Of a stretch of 37,958 nucleotides of DNA, positions 8,147 through 17,828 are shown one piece after another (position 1 is the first letter of the stretch; each line of letters opens with the position of its first letter). Location: the NCBI GenBank assembly GCA_002450925.1, contig DKAU01000041.1, positions 6,677-44,634 on the forward strand, read 5' to 3'. The notes beneath the pieces were generated by a model, which was given only the letters and a program-made list of their open reading frames with translations, ran no database searches and had not been told where the DNA came from. The translations under genes were made by a program, and so were the position numbers. This stretch comes from Thiobacillus sp. UBA6918 (GTDB lineage Bacteria > Pseudomonadota > Gammaproteobacteria > Burkholderiales > Thiobacillaceae).

Positions 8147-9103
8147 ATGCATACACATAATCTTTCGCAATGGACTCACGAGCATGTATTTGACTCGGGG
8201 AGCCATGCAGCGGAGCGCGGCACCCGTGCGGTGATGTGGATTACCGCCGTCATGATGATTATCGAAATCTTTGCTGGATGGTGGTTCAACTCCATGGCCT
8301 TGCTTGCGGATGGGTGGCACATGAGTTCCCATGCCGTGGCCATTGGCTTGAGCGCCTTTGCATATGCAGCGGCACGTCGCTACGCTAAAGACCCTCGTTT
8401 TGCCTTCGGTACCTGGAAGATAGAAGTTCTCGGTGGATTCGCCAGCGCGATCTTTCTGCTCGGGGTAGCCCTGATGATGGTTGTGGCATCAGTTGAAAGA
8501 ATCTTCTCTCCGCAACCCATTCATTACCAGGAAGCGATCTTCATCGCGGTGATCGGGCTGATCGTAAACATTGTATGCGCCGTGATCCTTGCCCGAGCAC
8601 ACGATCATGACGACAACGGTCACCACCACGCGCCTGGTCATGGCCACGATCATGGGCACCACCACCATGACCTCAATCTCAAGTCTGCTTACCTGCACGT
8701 GGTTGCCGATGCAGCCACATCCGTCTTGGCAATTATTGCGTTGACGGGTGGCTGGCTTTACGGATGGTCATGGCTCGACCCCGTTATGGGTATCGTCGGC
8801 GCGGCACTCGTCGCGATATGGGCCAAGAATCTGCTTCGGCAAACCGGTACAGTTCTCCTTGACCGTGAAATGGACCATCCCGTCGTGGATGAAATCCGCG
8901 AAGTAGTGGAGACTGGAGCGGGGAACGGAGATACGAAGATCGCTGATCTGCACGTCTGGCGTGTTGGCAAGGGGAAGTACTCATGCGCCTTGAGTGTGGT
9001 CACTCACGATACTAACTTAACACCTGTACGAGTACGGGAACAGCTTGCTCAGCATGACGAAATAGTCCACTCAACAATCGAGATTCATCACTGCTTGCCC
9101 TGA
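8147..9103 (+). CDS. dmeF: CDF-family Co(II)/Ni(II) efflux transporter DmeF
   Basis: SMALLADGWHMSSH, FGTWKIEVLGGF, a His-rich loop, NLKSAYLHVVADA and DLHVWRVG. Start ATG 8147 follows AGGA. Confidence 0.9.
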   Translation: MHTHNLSQWTHEHVFDSGSHAAERGTRAVMWITAVMMIIEIFAGWWFNSMALLADGWHMSSHAVAIGLSAFAYAAARRYAKDPRFAFGTWKIEVLGGFASAIFLLGVALMMVVASVERIFSPQPIHYQEAIFIAVIGLIVNIVCAVILARAHDHDDNGHHHAPGHGHDHGHHHHDLNLKSAYLHVVADAATSVLAIIALTGGWLYGWSWLDPVMGIVGAALVAIWAKNLLRQTGTVLLDREMDHPVVDEIREVVETGAGNGDTKIADLHVWRVGKGKYSCALSVVTHDTNLTPVRVREQLAQHDEIVHSTIEIHHCLP

Positions 9104-9258
9104 CCCCCGACTAGTCGCAAAGGAGGCCTTATAAATGTTTGTAACAGGGCATAAACACGCCTCTAAGAGTTAAAGCGGGACGGGCCACTGTCAGACCCAA
9201 ATCGGACGCTGGGACGCTCCTAATTTCTGATATCGGGCGATATCTGAATTACACTTCA

Positions 9259-10263
9259 TCAACAAATTCTCGGTAAAGGGTCATCCTCCAGTTCATCCAG
9301 CAGTCGCTTGCCGCCCAATTCGGTCTCCAGCACCACGCGAGATTGGCCAGGTTGGATGTGTCCAATGATTGCAGCCTCTTTGCCTTCCGGCATCGTGCGC
9401 CAGGCTTTCAGGATGGCTTCGGCAGTGTCGGGTTTCGCCACGCTAACGATGCGCCCTTCGCAGGCTAGGTAGTAGGGATCGTAGCCCAGCATTTCGCAAA
9501 CAGACTGAACTTCATCGCGCACAGGAATGCTCATCTTTTGCAGGATGAGATCGTTGCCGGTAGCGCGGGCAATTTCATGTGTGACGGTGGCCAGTCCACC
9601 GCGGGTGGGGTCACGCATGAATTTCAAGCCGGGCAGGTTCCATGCAGCGCGCGCAAGCGGCAATACGGAGGCGGAATCGGATTGGAGGTTTCCTGACAAG
9701 CCGAATTGTTCGCGTGCCAGCATGACGGCAATGCCATGATCGCCGATGGAGCCGGATACCAGAACGATGTCTCCTGGTTCGATATTTCCCATGCCCAGTT
9801 TGTTCTTGCTGGCACGCTGGCCGATACCCGCGACTGACAGATAAAGCCCGCCGCCTTCTGAACGGCGCACGACCTTGGTGTCACCGGCAGCAACTTGGAG
9901 ACCGTTTCCCTTGGCAGCCTTGGCAAAACTTGCGATGAGGCGGTCCAATACCGATATTTCCAAACCCTCTTCGATAATGGCCGAAAGCGTGGCGTAACGC
10001 GGCTCTGCCCCGGCCACAGCGAGATCGTTGACGACGCCATGCACAGCGAGCGAGCCGAGATTTCCGCCCGGAAATTCCAGCGGCTGCACGGTGAATCCGT
10101 CGGTCGTCACCATGATGTCGCCATTCAGGCCTGGCAGGTGCACGGCATCGGCATCGGTATCGAGCGTCGGGTTTCCAAGATGCTTCGAAAAAATCTCTGC
10201 GATCAGTTCGCGCATGTAGCGGCCACCATTGCCGTGGGCGAGAAGGATGCGTTCGTCGTTCAT
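9259..10263 (-). CDS. hypE: Hydrogenase maturation carbamoyl dehydratase HypE
   Basis: LAHGNGG, VNDLAV, GDTKVV, MRDPTRGG and C-terminal PRIC. Start 10263 is an ATGA overlap with the hypF stop. Confidence 0.95.
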   Translation of the reverse strand: MNDERILLAHGNGGRYMRELIAEIFSKHLGNPTLDTDADAVHLPGLNGDIMVTTDGFTVQPLEFPGGNLGSLAVHGVVNDLAVAGAEPRYATLSAIIEEGLEISVLDRLIASFAKAAKGNGLQVAAGDTKVVRRSEGGGLYLSVAGIGQRASKNKLGMGNIEPGDIVLVSGSIGDHGIAVMLAREQFGLSGNLQSDSASVLPLARAAWNLPGLKFMRDPTRGGLATVTHEIARATGNDLILQKMSIPVRDEVQSVCEMLGYDPYYLACEGRIVSVAKPDTAEAILKAWRTMPEGKEAAIIGHIQPGQSRVVLETELGGKRLLDELEDDPLPRIC

Positions 10264-12524
10264 TGTTTGTGTTTTGAATAGAGGAATTCCATCACCTGGC
10301 CCAAGCATACCCCGCCATCGTTGACGGGTACACGTTGGGGCATATGCACCCTGAATCCATGTTGTTCCAGTAAGGCTTTCGCCATTTCGGTCAGCAGGCG
10401 GTTCTGGAACACGCCTCCCGTGAACCCGACATCGTCGATGCCTGTTTCTTCGCGCAGTCCCATGGCCTGTTGAAGCATGGCCCGAGCAAGACTGGCATGG
10501 AAGCACGCCGCGCGATGCGAGGGCGAAAGGCCAGAATCCGTCAGCATCGCCAGAAGCGGAGCCCAGTCTGTTTCCAGCAAGCCGGCTTCATTTTTTTCAA
10601 GAGGCAAGGGGACAGGATCAACTTTTCCGGCTTGCTCTGCTGCCATGGCTTCCAGTTTCATGGGTCCTTCACCTTCGAAGCTTGCATGGGTGCAGATGCT
10701 GGTCAAAGCGGCGGCGGCGTCGAACAACCTACCTGCTGAACGCGTAGGCGGTGCGTTGATGCCTTTTTGCCATGCGGAAAACAGCAGTTCCGGCGCAAAC
10801 GGGGCGGCATGGCCGTTTTCCCACAACAGAGCAGCGGCGGAACGCCAGGGCTCGCGACCAGCCTGTTCTCCACCAGGAAGGCGAAAGGGACGAAAGCTTG
10901 CAGCACGCTGCCAGAGACCGGGAGCCCCTGCAAAGGCCTCGCCACCCCACAATTCGCCATTTTCGCCCAGGCCCACGCCATCCCAGGCGAACACGATCCA
11001 CTCTTTAAGCTCTGGGAATTCCCAGGCCAGCGCCGAGGCATGGGCGCGATGATGCCAGGCCTGGAATGTCGGCAATCTGCCTTCGCGTATAAAGTGGCGG
11101 TAGCCATAGTTGGGGTGTCGGTCGACAAGCAGGCGCGCTGCCTTGATCTGATACAGCACCTGCAGATCGTGCGCCACGTTTGTCAGGGTCTCCAGACTTT
11201 TGATACTGGACAAATCCGCAATATGAGGTGAGATCACAACGCGGTTTTTCCAGGCCAGTGCGATGGCATTCTTGGTGTGCGCGCCCAGGGCCAATACCGG
11301 TTCCGGAAGTTCAACGGGCAGTTCGAGTTCAACCGGAGCCATTCCCCGTCCAAGCCTGAAAGGCCTGGGTTTTGATGCAATGATGCGAAACACGGAATCA
11401 TCCGCAGGCCGTGCGATAGGGCGGTCGTGATGCAGGAATGCATCAGCCACCTTGTGTAAACGTTTTTGCGCTTCGTCGTTGTTGGTGATGACCGGTTCGC
11501 CGCTGATGTTGCCCGAGGTGGCAACCAGCGGTCCGCCGAACCCTTCCAGCAAAAGCGTGTGCAAAGGACTATAGGGCAGCATGCAGCCGATTTCGTTGAG
11601 CCCGGTGGCGATTTGACTGCTCAAATATTCGGGATGTTTCTTTGCCAGCAGCAGAATGGGGCGCTGGGGGGATTGCAGCAAAGACAAGCTTTGTTCATCG
11701 AGTTCCACGCTTTGGTTCAATGCACTCCCGTCCGCGGGAAACATTACCGCCAGCGGTTTGTTAGGGCGACGCTTGCGCATGCGCAGGCGGTCTATGGCTT
11801 CGTCATTGCGTGCATCGCACATGAGGTGATATCCGCCGATGCCTTTTACTGCCAAGGTGTAACCGTCCCTGAGGTATTCGATTGCGGCTGCCAGTGCGGC
11901 CTCATTACCCTTTATTTCAGGCTCACCTGGTTCTACGAAAATAAGTTGTGGACCGCAGACTGGGCAGGCAACCGGTTCGGCATGGAAGCGTCGGTCAAGC
12001 GGGTCTATGTATTCCCGTTCGCATTCTGGGCAGAGCAGGAAGTCTTTCATCGTGGTGCGCGGACGGTCGTAGGGCAGGGACTCGATCAGCGTGTAGCGCG
12101 GCCCGCATTGTGTGCAGTTGATGAAAGGGTACCGATAGCGCCGGTCGTCCGGATTGTTCATTTCGAGAACACAGTCTTCGCAGGCGAAGAAATCCGGCGG
12201 CACGTGGATGTGCGCTTCGCCCTCGCGGCTGGTCAGGATGGCGAATAGGGTGTGAAGTTCAGGTGGAACGGATGTGGTTACTTCCAGCTTGGGGCGAGAG
12301 ATTGCGGGTGCCTGCCTGATAAGCGCATCGGTAAAGCGTCCAAGATTTTCTTCGCTGCCTTCAGCATGGATTTCCACACTGCCGGTGACATTGCGTACCC
12401 AGCCGCTCAGATTGAGTTCATGCGCGAGGCGATAGACGAAAGGCCGGAAACCAACACCCTGCACTTGTCCTGTGATCAGAAAATGCCGTGCATGAATTTT
12501 TTCATTTGGCAAACCCGCTGGCAT
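10260..12524 (-). CDS. hypF: Carbamoyltransferase HypF
   Basis: Acylphosphatase domain (GQVQGVGFRPFV), Zn fingers (CTQCGPRY, CPVCGP), KGIGGYHL, HHRAH, DGVG and PVNDGG. Confidence 0.96.
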   Translation of the reverse strand: MPAGLPNEKIHARHFLITGQVQGVGFRPFVYRLAHELNLSGWVRNVTGSVEIHAEGSEENLGRFTDALIRQAPAISRPKLEVTTSVPPELHTLFAILTSREGEAHIHVPPDFFACEDCVLEMNNPDDRRYRYPFINCTQCGPRYTLIESLPYDRPRTTMKDFLLCPECEREYIDPLDRRFHAEPVACPVCGPQLIFVEPGEPEIKGNEAALAAAIEYLRDGYTLAVKGIGGYHLMCDARNDEAIDRLRMRKRRPNKPLAVMFPADGSALNQSVELDEQSLSLLQSPQRPILLLAKKHPEYLSSQIATGLNEIGCMLPYSPLHTLLLEGFGGPLVATSGNISGEPVITNNDEAQKRLHKVADAFLHHDRPIARPADDSVFRIIASKPRPFRLGRGMAPVELELPVELPEPVLALGAHTKNAIALAWKNRVVISPHIADLSSIKSLETLTNVAHDLQVLYQIKAARLLVDRHPNYGYRHFIREGRLPTFQAWHHRAHASALAWEFPELKEWIVFAWDGVGLGENGELWGGEAFAGAPGLWQRAASFRPFRLPGGEQAGREPWRSAAALLWENGHAAPFAPELLFSAWQKGINAPPTRSAGRLFDAAAALTSICTHASFEGEGPMKLEAMAAEQAGKVDPVPLPLEKNEAGLLETDWAPLLAMLTDSGLSPSHRAACFHASLARAMLQQAMGLREETGIDDVGFTGGVFQNRLLTEMAKALLEQHGFRVHMPQRVPVNDGGVCLGQVMEFLYSKHKQ

Positions 12525-13643
12525 TTATTCAACAGCCGCTTCAGCGCGTTCACGCACGCCGCCTGCCCACCAGATCCGACATGCACCTTCGTCCGACACC
12601 ATGCACGGACCAATGGGGTGGCGCGGCGTACAGGCAGCGCCAAACAATCGGCACTGATTGGGGTAGATCTTTCCAAGAACGACCTGAGCACAGTCGCACC
12701 CCGGGGGCATCTGGCCCGCACGGCGGCGGGCTTTGTCGTTGAAATCGGGAAAACGCAGGCGTGCATCATGCGCTGAGAAGGCAGGTTTTAGCGCATAACC
12801 GGAGCCGGGGATAATGCCGATGCCGCGCCAGTTGGCATCTACAACATCCAGCGTTTGCTCCAGCAGCCGGCGAGCAGTCGGATTCCCGCCCGGGTGGGCT
12901 ACTTCCGGATAACAGTTGTCGAGGAAACGTTCGCCACTTTGCAATTGACGCAGCACTGAATAGAAAGCGGCAAGCAGGGATTCAGGGGAAAAACCGGCAA
13001 CAGCGGCAGGCAACTTGTGCTGCTGAACCACGAATTGCCATTCCTCTGGCCCCATCACGGTGGAGACATGCCCGGGCGCGACCAGTGCATCGAATCCTGG
13101 TTTGCCGGAATCGAGCAGCATGGCCACAGCCGGCCAGGTCAGGCGACCCGACAACAATATATACAGGTTGTCCGGCACTCCCTCGGCAAGCATCGCAGCA
13201 ACAGGTGCAGTAGTGGTCTCGAACCCGGCCGCAAAGAACACCACGGTTTTGTCCGGATTTTGTAGCGCGATCTGTTTGGCTTCTGATGGGCTGGCGATGG
13301 GGCGCACATCGGCGCCGGCAGCCTTGGCTTCGTCCAGTGATCGAACCTCGCCTTTTGCAACGTTGACGGGCACACGCAACATGTCCCCGAACGCTACAAG
13401 AATGACCTTCTCGTGCTGAGCCAGCTGGATGGCCTGGTAGATGTCCTCCTCCGGACATACACAGACCGGGCAGCCAGGACCCGGAATCAATTCGACGTTG
13501 GCTGGAAGCGTGCCGCGCAACCCCGCCTGGGTGATGGATCGTTCGTGCCCGCCGCACACGTTCATGATGCGTATGGGCTGGTTGAAATTGAGGTCACGCA
13601 GTTTCTCCAGCCAGTCCCTGGCTGTATGGGCTGGCTGGCTCAT
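12525..13643 (-). CDS. hypD: Hydrogenase maturation protein HypD
   Basis: CGGHE, GPGCPVC, GFETT, PGHVS and PIGPCMVSDEGAC motifs. Confidence 0.96.
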   Translation of the reverse strand: MSQPAHTARDWLEKLRDLNFNQPIRIMNVCGGHERSITQAGLRGTLPANVELIPGPGCPVCVCPEEDIYQAIQLAQHEKVILVAFGDMLRVPVNVAKGEVRSLDEAKAAGADVRPIASPSEAKQIALQNPDKTVVFFAAGFETTTAPVAAMLAEGVPDNLYILLSGRLTWPAVAMLLDSGKPGFDALVAPGHVSTVMGPEEWQFVVQQHKLPAAVAGFSPESLLAAFYSVLRQLQSGERFLDNCYPEVAHPGGNPTARRLLEQTLDVVDANWRGIGIIPGSGYALKPAFSAHDARLRFPDFNDKARRRAGQMPPGCDCAQVVLGKIYPNQCRLFGAACTPRHPIGPCMVSDEGACRIWWAGGVRERAEAAVE

Positions 13644-14440
13644 GCGGTGTGCAAAGCTGCTCCATCCGGTTGAATGGCGGGGCGACGGGTGGAGCCGCCT
13701 GCTGCCAATGAGCGCTGTGCGGCAAGTTGTTCGCGCAGCCAGTTATGCCAGGTCTCCATGCCAATGTCCTTGCGCGCAGACAGTTGCATGACTGGCGCGA
13801 CGTTCGCGAGATCGCGCACATGGCTCGTTGCGCGCGCGGGATCAAAATCATCGAGAAATGGAAGCAGGTCGGTTTTGCTGATCACCACGGCATCGGCCGC
13901 ACGAAACATCACCGGATACTTGGCAGGCTTGTCGTCACCCTCGGTGACGGAGAGCAGGGTCAGGTTGACATGCTGGCCCAGGTCGAAGGAAGCAGGGCAG
14001 ACCAGGTTTCCGACGTTTTCAATGAAAAGGACGTCAATGCCGTCAAGGTTCATGTGGTGTAGTGCTTCATGCACCAAGTGGGCGTCGAGATGGCAGGCCG
14101 TGCCAGTAACGATCTGGTGGGCCGGCACGCCCTGGGCACGGATACGCTCAGCATCGTTTTCGGTTTCCAGATCGCCTTCGATGACGGCAATGTTGAATTC
14201 ACCCTTCAGCGCCCGGATGGTAGCTTCCAGCAGAGCGGTTTTTCCGGAACCGGGGGAAGACATCAAGTTGATGGCCAGAATCCCGCGCGAGTCGAAATGA
14301 GCCCGGTTGTGCGCAGCCTGATCGTCATTTTTCTTGAGCAGGTTTTGCAGCACGGAAACGGTGGTGGCTCCGGGTTCAACTGGCCTGTAGGCAAACTTCC
14401 GGTTTCCTGGAGTTAGATTGCATCCGCAGGTGTCACACAT
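13640..14440 (-). CDS. hypB: Nickel-insertion GTPase HypB
   Basis: N-terminal CxxCGC, P-loop SPGSGKT, CHLDA, ENVGNLVCP and EGDDKPAKYP. Confidence 0.96.
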   Translation of the reverse strand: MCDTCGCNLTPGNRKFAYRPVEPGATTVSVLQNLLKKNDDQAAHNRAHFDSRGILAINLMSSPGSGKTALLEATIRALKGEFNIAVIEGDLETENDAERIRAQGVPAHQIVTGTACHLDAHLVHEALHHMNLDGIDVLFIENVGNLVCPASFDLGQHVNLTLLSVTEGDDKPAKYPVMFRAADAVVISKTDLLPFLDDFDPARATSHVRDLANVAPVMQLSARKDIGMETWHNWLREQLAAQRSLAAGGSTRRPAIQPDGAALHTA

Positions 14441-14816
14441 TTTCAGGCCTCGTTAACTCACCGCTCATTTCAGACAATTGTAGCTCTACGCTTTCCAGTA
14501 TCAATTCGTCGCCCGATACCAGTTGCGTGTGCCAGTCACCGCACGTACCGCAAAGCAGGCGATTCATGGCCGCTTCTGTTTCAGCGCCGCAGGTTTGGCA
14601 GTGCACACGAACGGGAGCCTCGACCAAATCCAGTGTGGCATGTTCAGCAAATGTGCCCGCAGCGGCAAGGGGGAAGGCGCCGGCGAGCAAGTCTGGCACC
14701 ACGCCGGAGAGTGGGCCAATAAGCACACGGAGGGAGGTAACGCTGTCAGCATTCCGCTCTAGCACAAGGTTTTCAATCTGTTCGACCAGGGCCTGGGCGA
14801 CGGAGAGTTCATGCAT
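14433..14816 (-). CDS. hypA: Nickel metallochaperone HypA
   Basis: MHELS N-terminus (ATG 14816, overlapping the hypC stop) and two CxxC motifs. Confidence 0.95.
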   Translation of the reverse strand: MHELSVAQALVEQIENLVLERNADSVTSLRVLIGPLSGVVPDLLAGAFPLAAAGTFAEHATLDLVEAPVRVHCQTCGAETEAAMNRLLCGTCGDWHTQLVSGDELILESVELQLSEMSGELTRPENV

Positions 14817-15043
14817 CAGCCAGTTTCTTCCAATATCTGATCGAACAGTTCCCATGCAGACTGGGCATCAGCCTCGGTAACTTTCTGGATGGCATAGCCC
14901 ACATGCACCATAACGTAGTCACCTATCCTGGGCAGTTCGTCCTGCATCATGAACAGACTTACATCGCGATAGATGCCCTTGGCCTGGCAGCGGGCCATGA
15001 AACCGTCGACGCTTTCAATCTGCATGGGAATGGCAAGACACAT
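14816..15043 (-). CDS. hypC: Hydrogenase chaperone HypC/HupF
   Basis: MCLAIP N-terminus and GDYVMVHVGYA. Confidence 0.96.
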   Translation of the reverse strand: MCLAIPMQIESVDGFMARCQAKGIYRDVSLFMMQDELPRIGDYVMVHVGYAIQKVTEADAQSAWELFDQILEETG

Positions 15044-15185
15044 GTTTTTTGGCTGTATGTGGTTTGATCTATGAAATAACAGTCTAGCGCCATGAATTGC
15101 ACATTATGGTTTCTCTGCTAAAAAAAATTAGTCGAGCGTTTTAGTTGGTTGTTATAACCCGTCAATAAGACTAGATTTATTAATA
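15044..15185. promoter_or_regulatory. AT-rich divergent promoter region for the hyp and hyn/ATPase operons
   Basis: Visibly AT-rich 142-bp gap between divergent operons. A weak minus-strand TTGACG-N16-TAAAAC points toward hypC. No convincing FNR or sigma54 box. Confidence 0.5.
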
Positions 15186-15659
15186 ATGAAAACAGTCATC
15201 CTTGGTATCGGCAACACGCTCTTGAGCGACGAAGGGGTCGGTATCCACGTTCTGGATGCGCTGTCAAAAATGGATCTTCCCTGGGACGAGGTAGAACTTG
15301 TTGACGGAGGTACCTTGTCCTTTACGCTGGCCGTGCCCATCGAGGAAGCGGATTTCCTTGTTGTCGTAGATGCTGCCCAACTCAAATCCCCTCCGGGCAC
15401 CATTCAACTTTTCAAAGGCGAGGAAATGGACAGTTTTCTGCTGGGGAACCGCAAATCCAGTGTTCATGAAGTGGGTTTGACCGACCTGATGGCGATCGCC
15501 AGGCTGACTGAGAGTTGGCCGGAAAAGAGGGCACTCTTGGCCATCCAGCCGGAAAAGCTTGATTGGGGTGATGCACCAACCGAACAGGTGCAATTTGCTA
15601 TTCCCGAAGCCTGTCGCCAGATCAGAACGCTCCTGGAGGAATGGCATGTCGTCCATTAG
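15186..15659 (+). CDS. hynD: Hydrogenase maturation endopeptidase (HyaD/HybD/HynD family)
   Basis: GIGNTLLSDEGVG, DGGT, VVDA and SVHEVGL motifs. Confidence 0.92.
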   Translation: MKTVILGIGNTLLSDEGVGIHVLDALSKMDLPWDEVELVDGGTLSFTLAVPIEEADFLVVVDAAQLKSPPGTIQLFKGEEMDSFLLGNRKSSVHEVGLTDLMAIARLTESWPEKRALLAIQPEKLDWGDAPTEQVQFAIPEACRQIRTLLEEWHVVH

Positions 15660-16059
15660 CCAGATTCCAGTTCAAGTACTTACAGCGAATGATGGATTGA
15701 CAGGACAGGCCGAGGCGGTGCTGACCGAAATTGCCGAAATGCTCAGCCGGTTTCTGGAAACCGGGAAGGGCGACAGTATCGATCTGCGAAGCTTGCCCTT
15801 GTCGCCTGCTGACAAGATTTGGCTGGATGAGCAACTAGGAAGAGGCGAAGTGGAGATTGGCATAGATGCTGGCGGTCGATCGGTGGTGACCGAAACGGCT
15901 TATGCGGGTGTCTGGAAGATCGAACATCGCGACACGGAGGAACGGATTGTGGCTGAGCTGATCGAGGTGACTGCGATGCCTGAGATTGTGCAGCCACATA
16001 AAACTGACATCGAAAAGTCGTACAACACACTGCAATCAAGCTTGAAGCAAATTTCTTGA
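15646..16059 (+). CDS. Hydrogenase expression/formation protein (HupH/HyaF C-terminal-like)
   Basis: IDLRSLPLSPAD, LGRGEV, ETAYAGVW and ELIEV...PE match the HupH family. ATG 15646 follows GGAGG. Confidence 0.85.
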   Translation: MSSISQIPVQVLTANDGLTGQAEAVLTEIAEMLSRFLETGKGDSIDLRSLPLSPADKIWLDEQLGRGEVEIGIDAGGRSVVTETAYAGVWKIEHRDTEERIVAELIEVTAMPEIVQPHKTDIEKSYNTLQSSLKQIS

Positions 16060-16070
16060 GGGAGCAGAAG

Positions 16071-17156
16071 ATGGATAAGGGCGAGACCTTACTGGAACAC
16101 ATGGAACGGCAGGGAATGTCCCGCCGAACATTTCTCAAGTACTGCGCTTCCCTAGCCTCGCTAATGGCCTTGCCGCCCAGTGCAGCCGCTGCCATGGCAG
16201 AGGCCTTGGGCAAGGCAAGAAGGCCATCGGTTATCTGGCTGCCATTCCAGGAATGCACGGGCTGTACCGAGTCCATCACGCGTTCACATTCGCCCAGTGT
16301 CGAAGGCCTGATATTCGACATGATTTCCCTGGACTACCAGGAAACCCTGATGGCAGCAGCCGGTTTTCAGGCAGAGGAAGCCCTGCAAAATGCCATGAAG
16401 GAGAACTACGGCAAGTATGTGCTGATCATTGACGGCTCTGTCTCGACGGGAATGGATGGAGCCTATTCCTGCATTGGAGGTCGCAGCAACCTCGACAGCC
16501 TGCAGGAAGCAGCCAAAGGCGCTGCAGCCATTATCGCCCTTGGAACCTGTGCCTCGTTTGGCGGCATACCCAAGGCCAATCCCAACCCCACCGGTGCCGT
16601 ACCTGTATCCGACATCATCAAGGACAAGCCCATTATCAATATCTCCGGCTGCCCGCCTATCCCGGTGGTCATCACCGGCGTTATCGCACACTACCTGACA
16701 TTCGGCACGGTGCCCGAACTCGACAAGCATGGCCGGCCCAAGGCGTTTTACGGCGAAACCATTCATGACCGCTGCTATAGGCGGCCATTTTATGATCAGG
16801 GCAAGTTCGCCAAGACTTTTGATGATGAGGGCGCACGGAATGGCTGGTGCCTGTTTGAACTGGGATGCAAGGGGCCGATCACCTACAACGCCTGTGCCAC
16901 CAGCAAGTGGAATGACGGCACCTCCTTCCCGATCCAGTCTGGCCATGGCTGCATTGGTTGTTCCGAGCCGGATTTCTGGGATGCCGGCGGTTTTTACAAG
17001 GCGCTGTCTACGCCTGCCAACCCGCTCAAGTATGTTGCAGCTGCCGCAGTCGCGGGCGCAGCAGCAGGTGTGGCGGTGTCGTTTGCCAATCGGGCAAGGA
17101 AGCAAAAAGCCAAGTCGGAACACGAAACAGCCACCACTTCGGACCTGGAGAAATAG
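16071..17156 (+). CDS. hynS: Group 1e [NiFe]-hydrogenase small subunit, Tat-exported
   Basis: Tat motif SRRTFLKYC, ECTGC, GCPP, HDRCYRR, CLFELGCKGP, GHGCIGC and a C-terminal hydrophobic anchor. Confidence 0.95.
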   Translation: MDKGETLLEHMERQGMSRRTFLKYCASLASLMALPPSAAAAMAEALGKARRPSVIWLPFQECTGCTESITRSHSPSVEGLIFDMISLDYQETLMAAAGFQAEEALQNAMKENYGKYVLIIDGSVSTGMDGAYSCIGGRSNLDSLQEAAKGAAAIIALGTCASFGGIPKANPNPTGAVPVSDIIKDKPIINISGCPPIPVVITGVIAHYLTFGTVPELDKHGRPKAFYGETIHDRCYRRPFYDQGKFAKTFDDEGARNGWCLFELGCKGPITYNACATSKWNDGTSFPIQSGHGCIGCSEPDFWDAGGFYKALSTPANPLKYVAAAAVAGAAAGVAVSFANRARKQKAKSEHETATTSDLEK

Positions 17157-17158
17157 GA

Positions 17159-17818
17159 ATGAATGAAATCCAGTTTCTGACCTGGGTGCGCAGCACAGGA
17201 CTCAACATTGCATTGGGGCTGTTTGTTCTGGGCATGCTGTGGCGTCTGATTGAAATCTACTCACTCGGACGCAAGCAGGACATGGCACCCGCACGAAGTG
17301 CAGCAGGCGCATCCGGGTGGCATACCATTTTCCGTCGTTCACTACCGCCTCAAGGCATGATGAAGAGTTCGCCAATCAGTTACATCGGCGGGTACATTTT
17401 TCATGTTGGTCTGTTCGTTGTGGTGTTTTTCCTGGCTCAGCACATCAAGCTCGTAGATAGCCTGCTGGGCATCTCCTGGCCCAACCTGCCTGCTCAGGTT
17501 ATCGATACGGTTGCAGTGGTCACCTTGGCAGCCATGGTGCTGATCCTGGCTGACCGTATCAACAAACCGGTCAAGCGTTTTCTTTCGACCTTCGGTGATT
17601 ATCTTGCCTGGCTGCTTACCTTCCTGCCGGTTCTTACCGGTTACCTGGCAGTCAAGCATATGGTGCTTCCCTACACGACCATGCTGGCGCTGCATATCCT
17701 TAGTGTGGAACTGCTGCTTGTTGCGCTTCCGTTCACCAAACTCATTCACGTGTTTACCCTGATAGGCTCTCGCTGGTACAACGGCGATATCAGCGGCAAG
17801 CGCGGCGTTCCAGTGTAA
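17159..17818 (+). CDS. isp1: Isp1, NarI/DsrM-like membrane cytochrome b
   Basis: Multi-pass membrane protein with His pairs (FH...QH; LH...PFTKLIH), located between hynS and hynL. Confidence 0.88.
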   Translation: MNEIQFLTWVRSTGLNIALGLFVLGMLWRLIEIYSLGRKQDMAPARSAAGASGWHTIFRRSLPPQGMMKSSPISYIGGYIFHVGLFVVVFFLAQHIKLVDSLLGISWPNLPAQVIDTVAVVTLAAMVLILADRINKPVKRFLSTFGDYLAWLLTFLPVLTGYLAVKHMVLPYTTMLALHILSVELLLVALPFTKLIHVFTLIGSRWYNGDISGKRGVPV

Positions 17819-17828
17819 GGAGAATGGC

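Noticed and set aside
15064-15101. FNR box and sigma54 promoter in the hyp/hyn intergenic region
   Set aside because: Only a TTGAT half-site is present, and the TTGC element lacks GG at the correct spacing.
16071-17156. O2-tolerant group 1d hydrogenase
   Set aside because: The proximal motif is CTGC, not CTCC, and isp1/isp2 between the subunits indicates group 1e.
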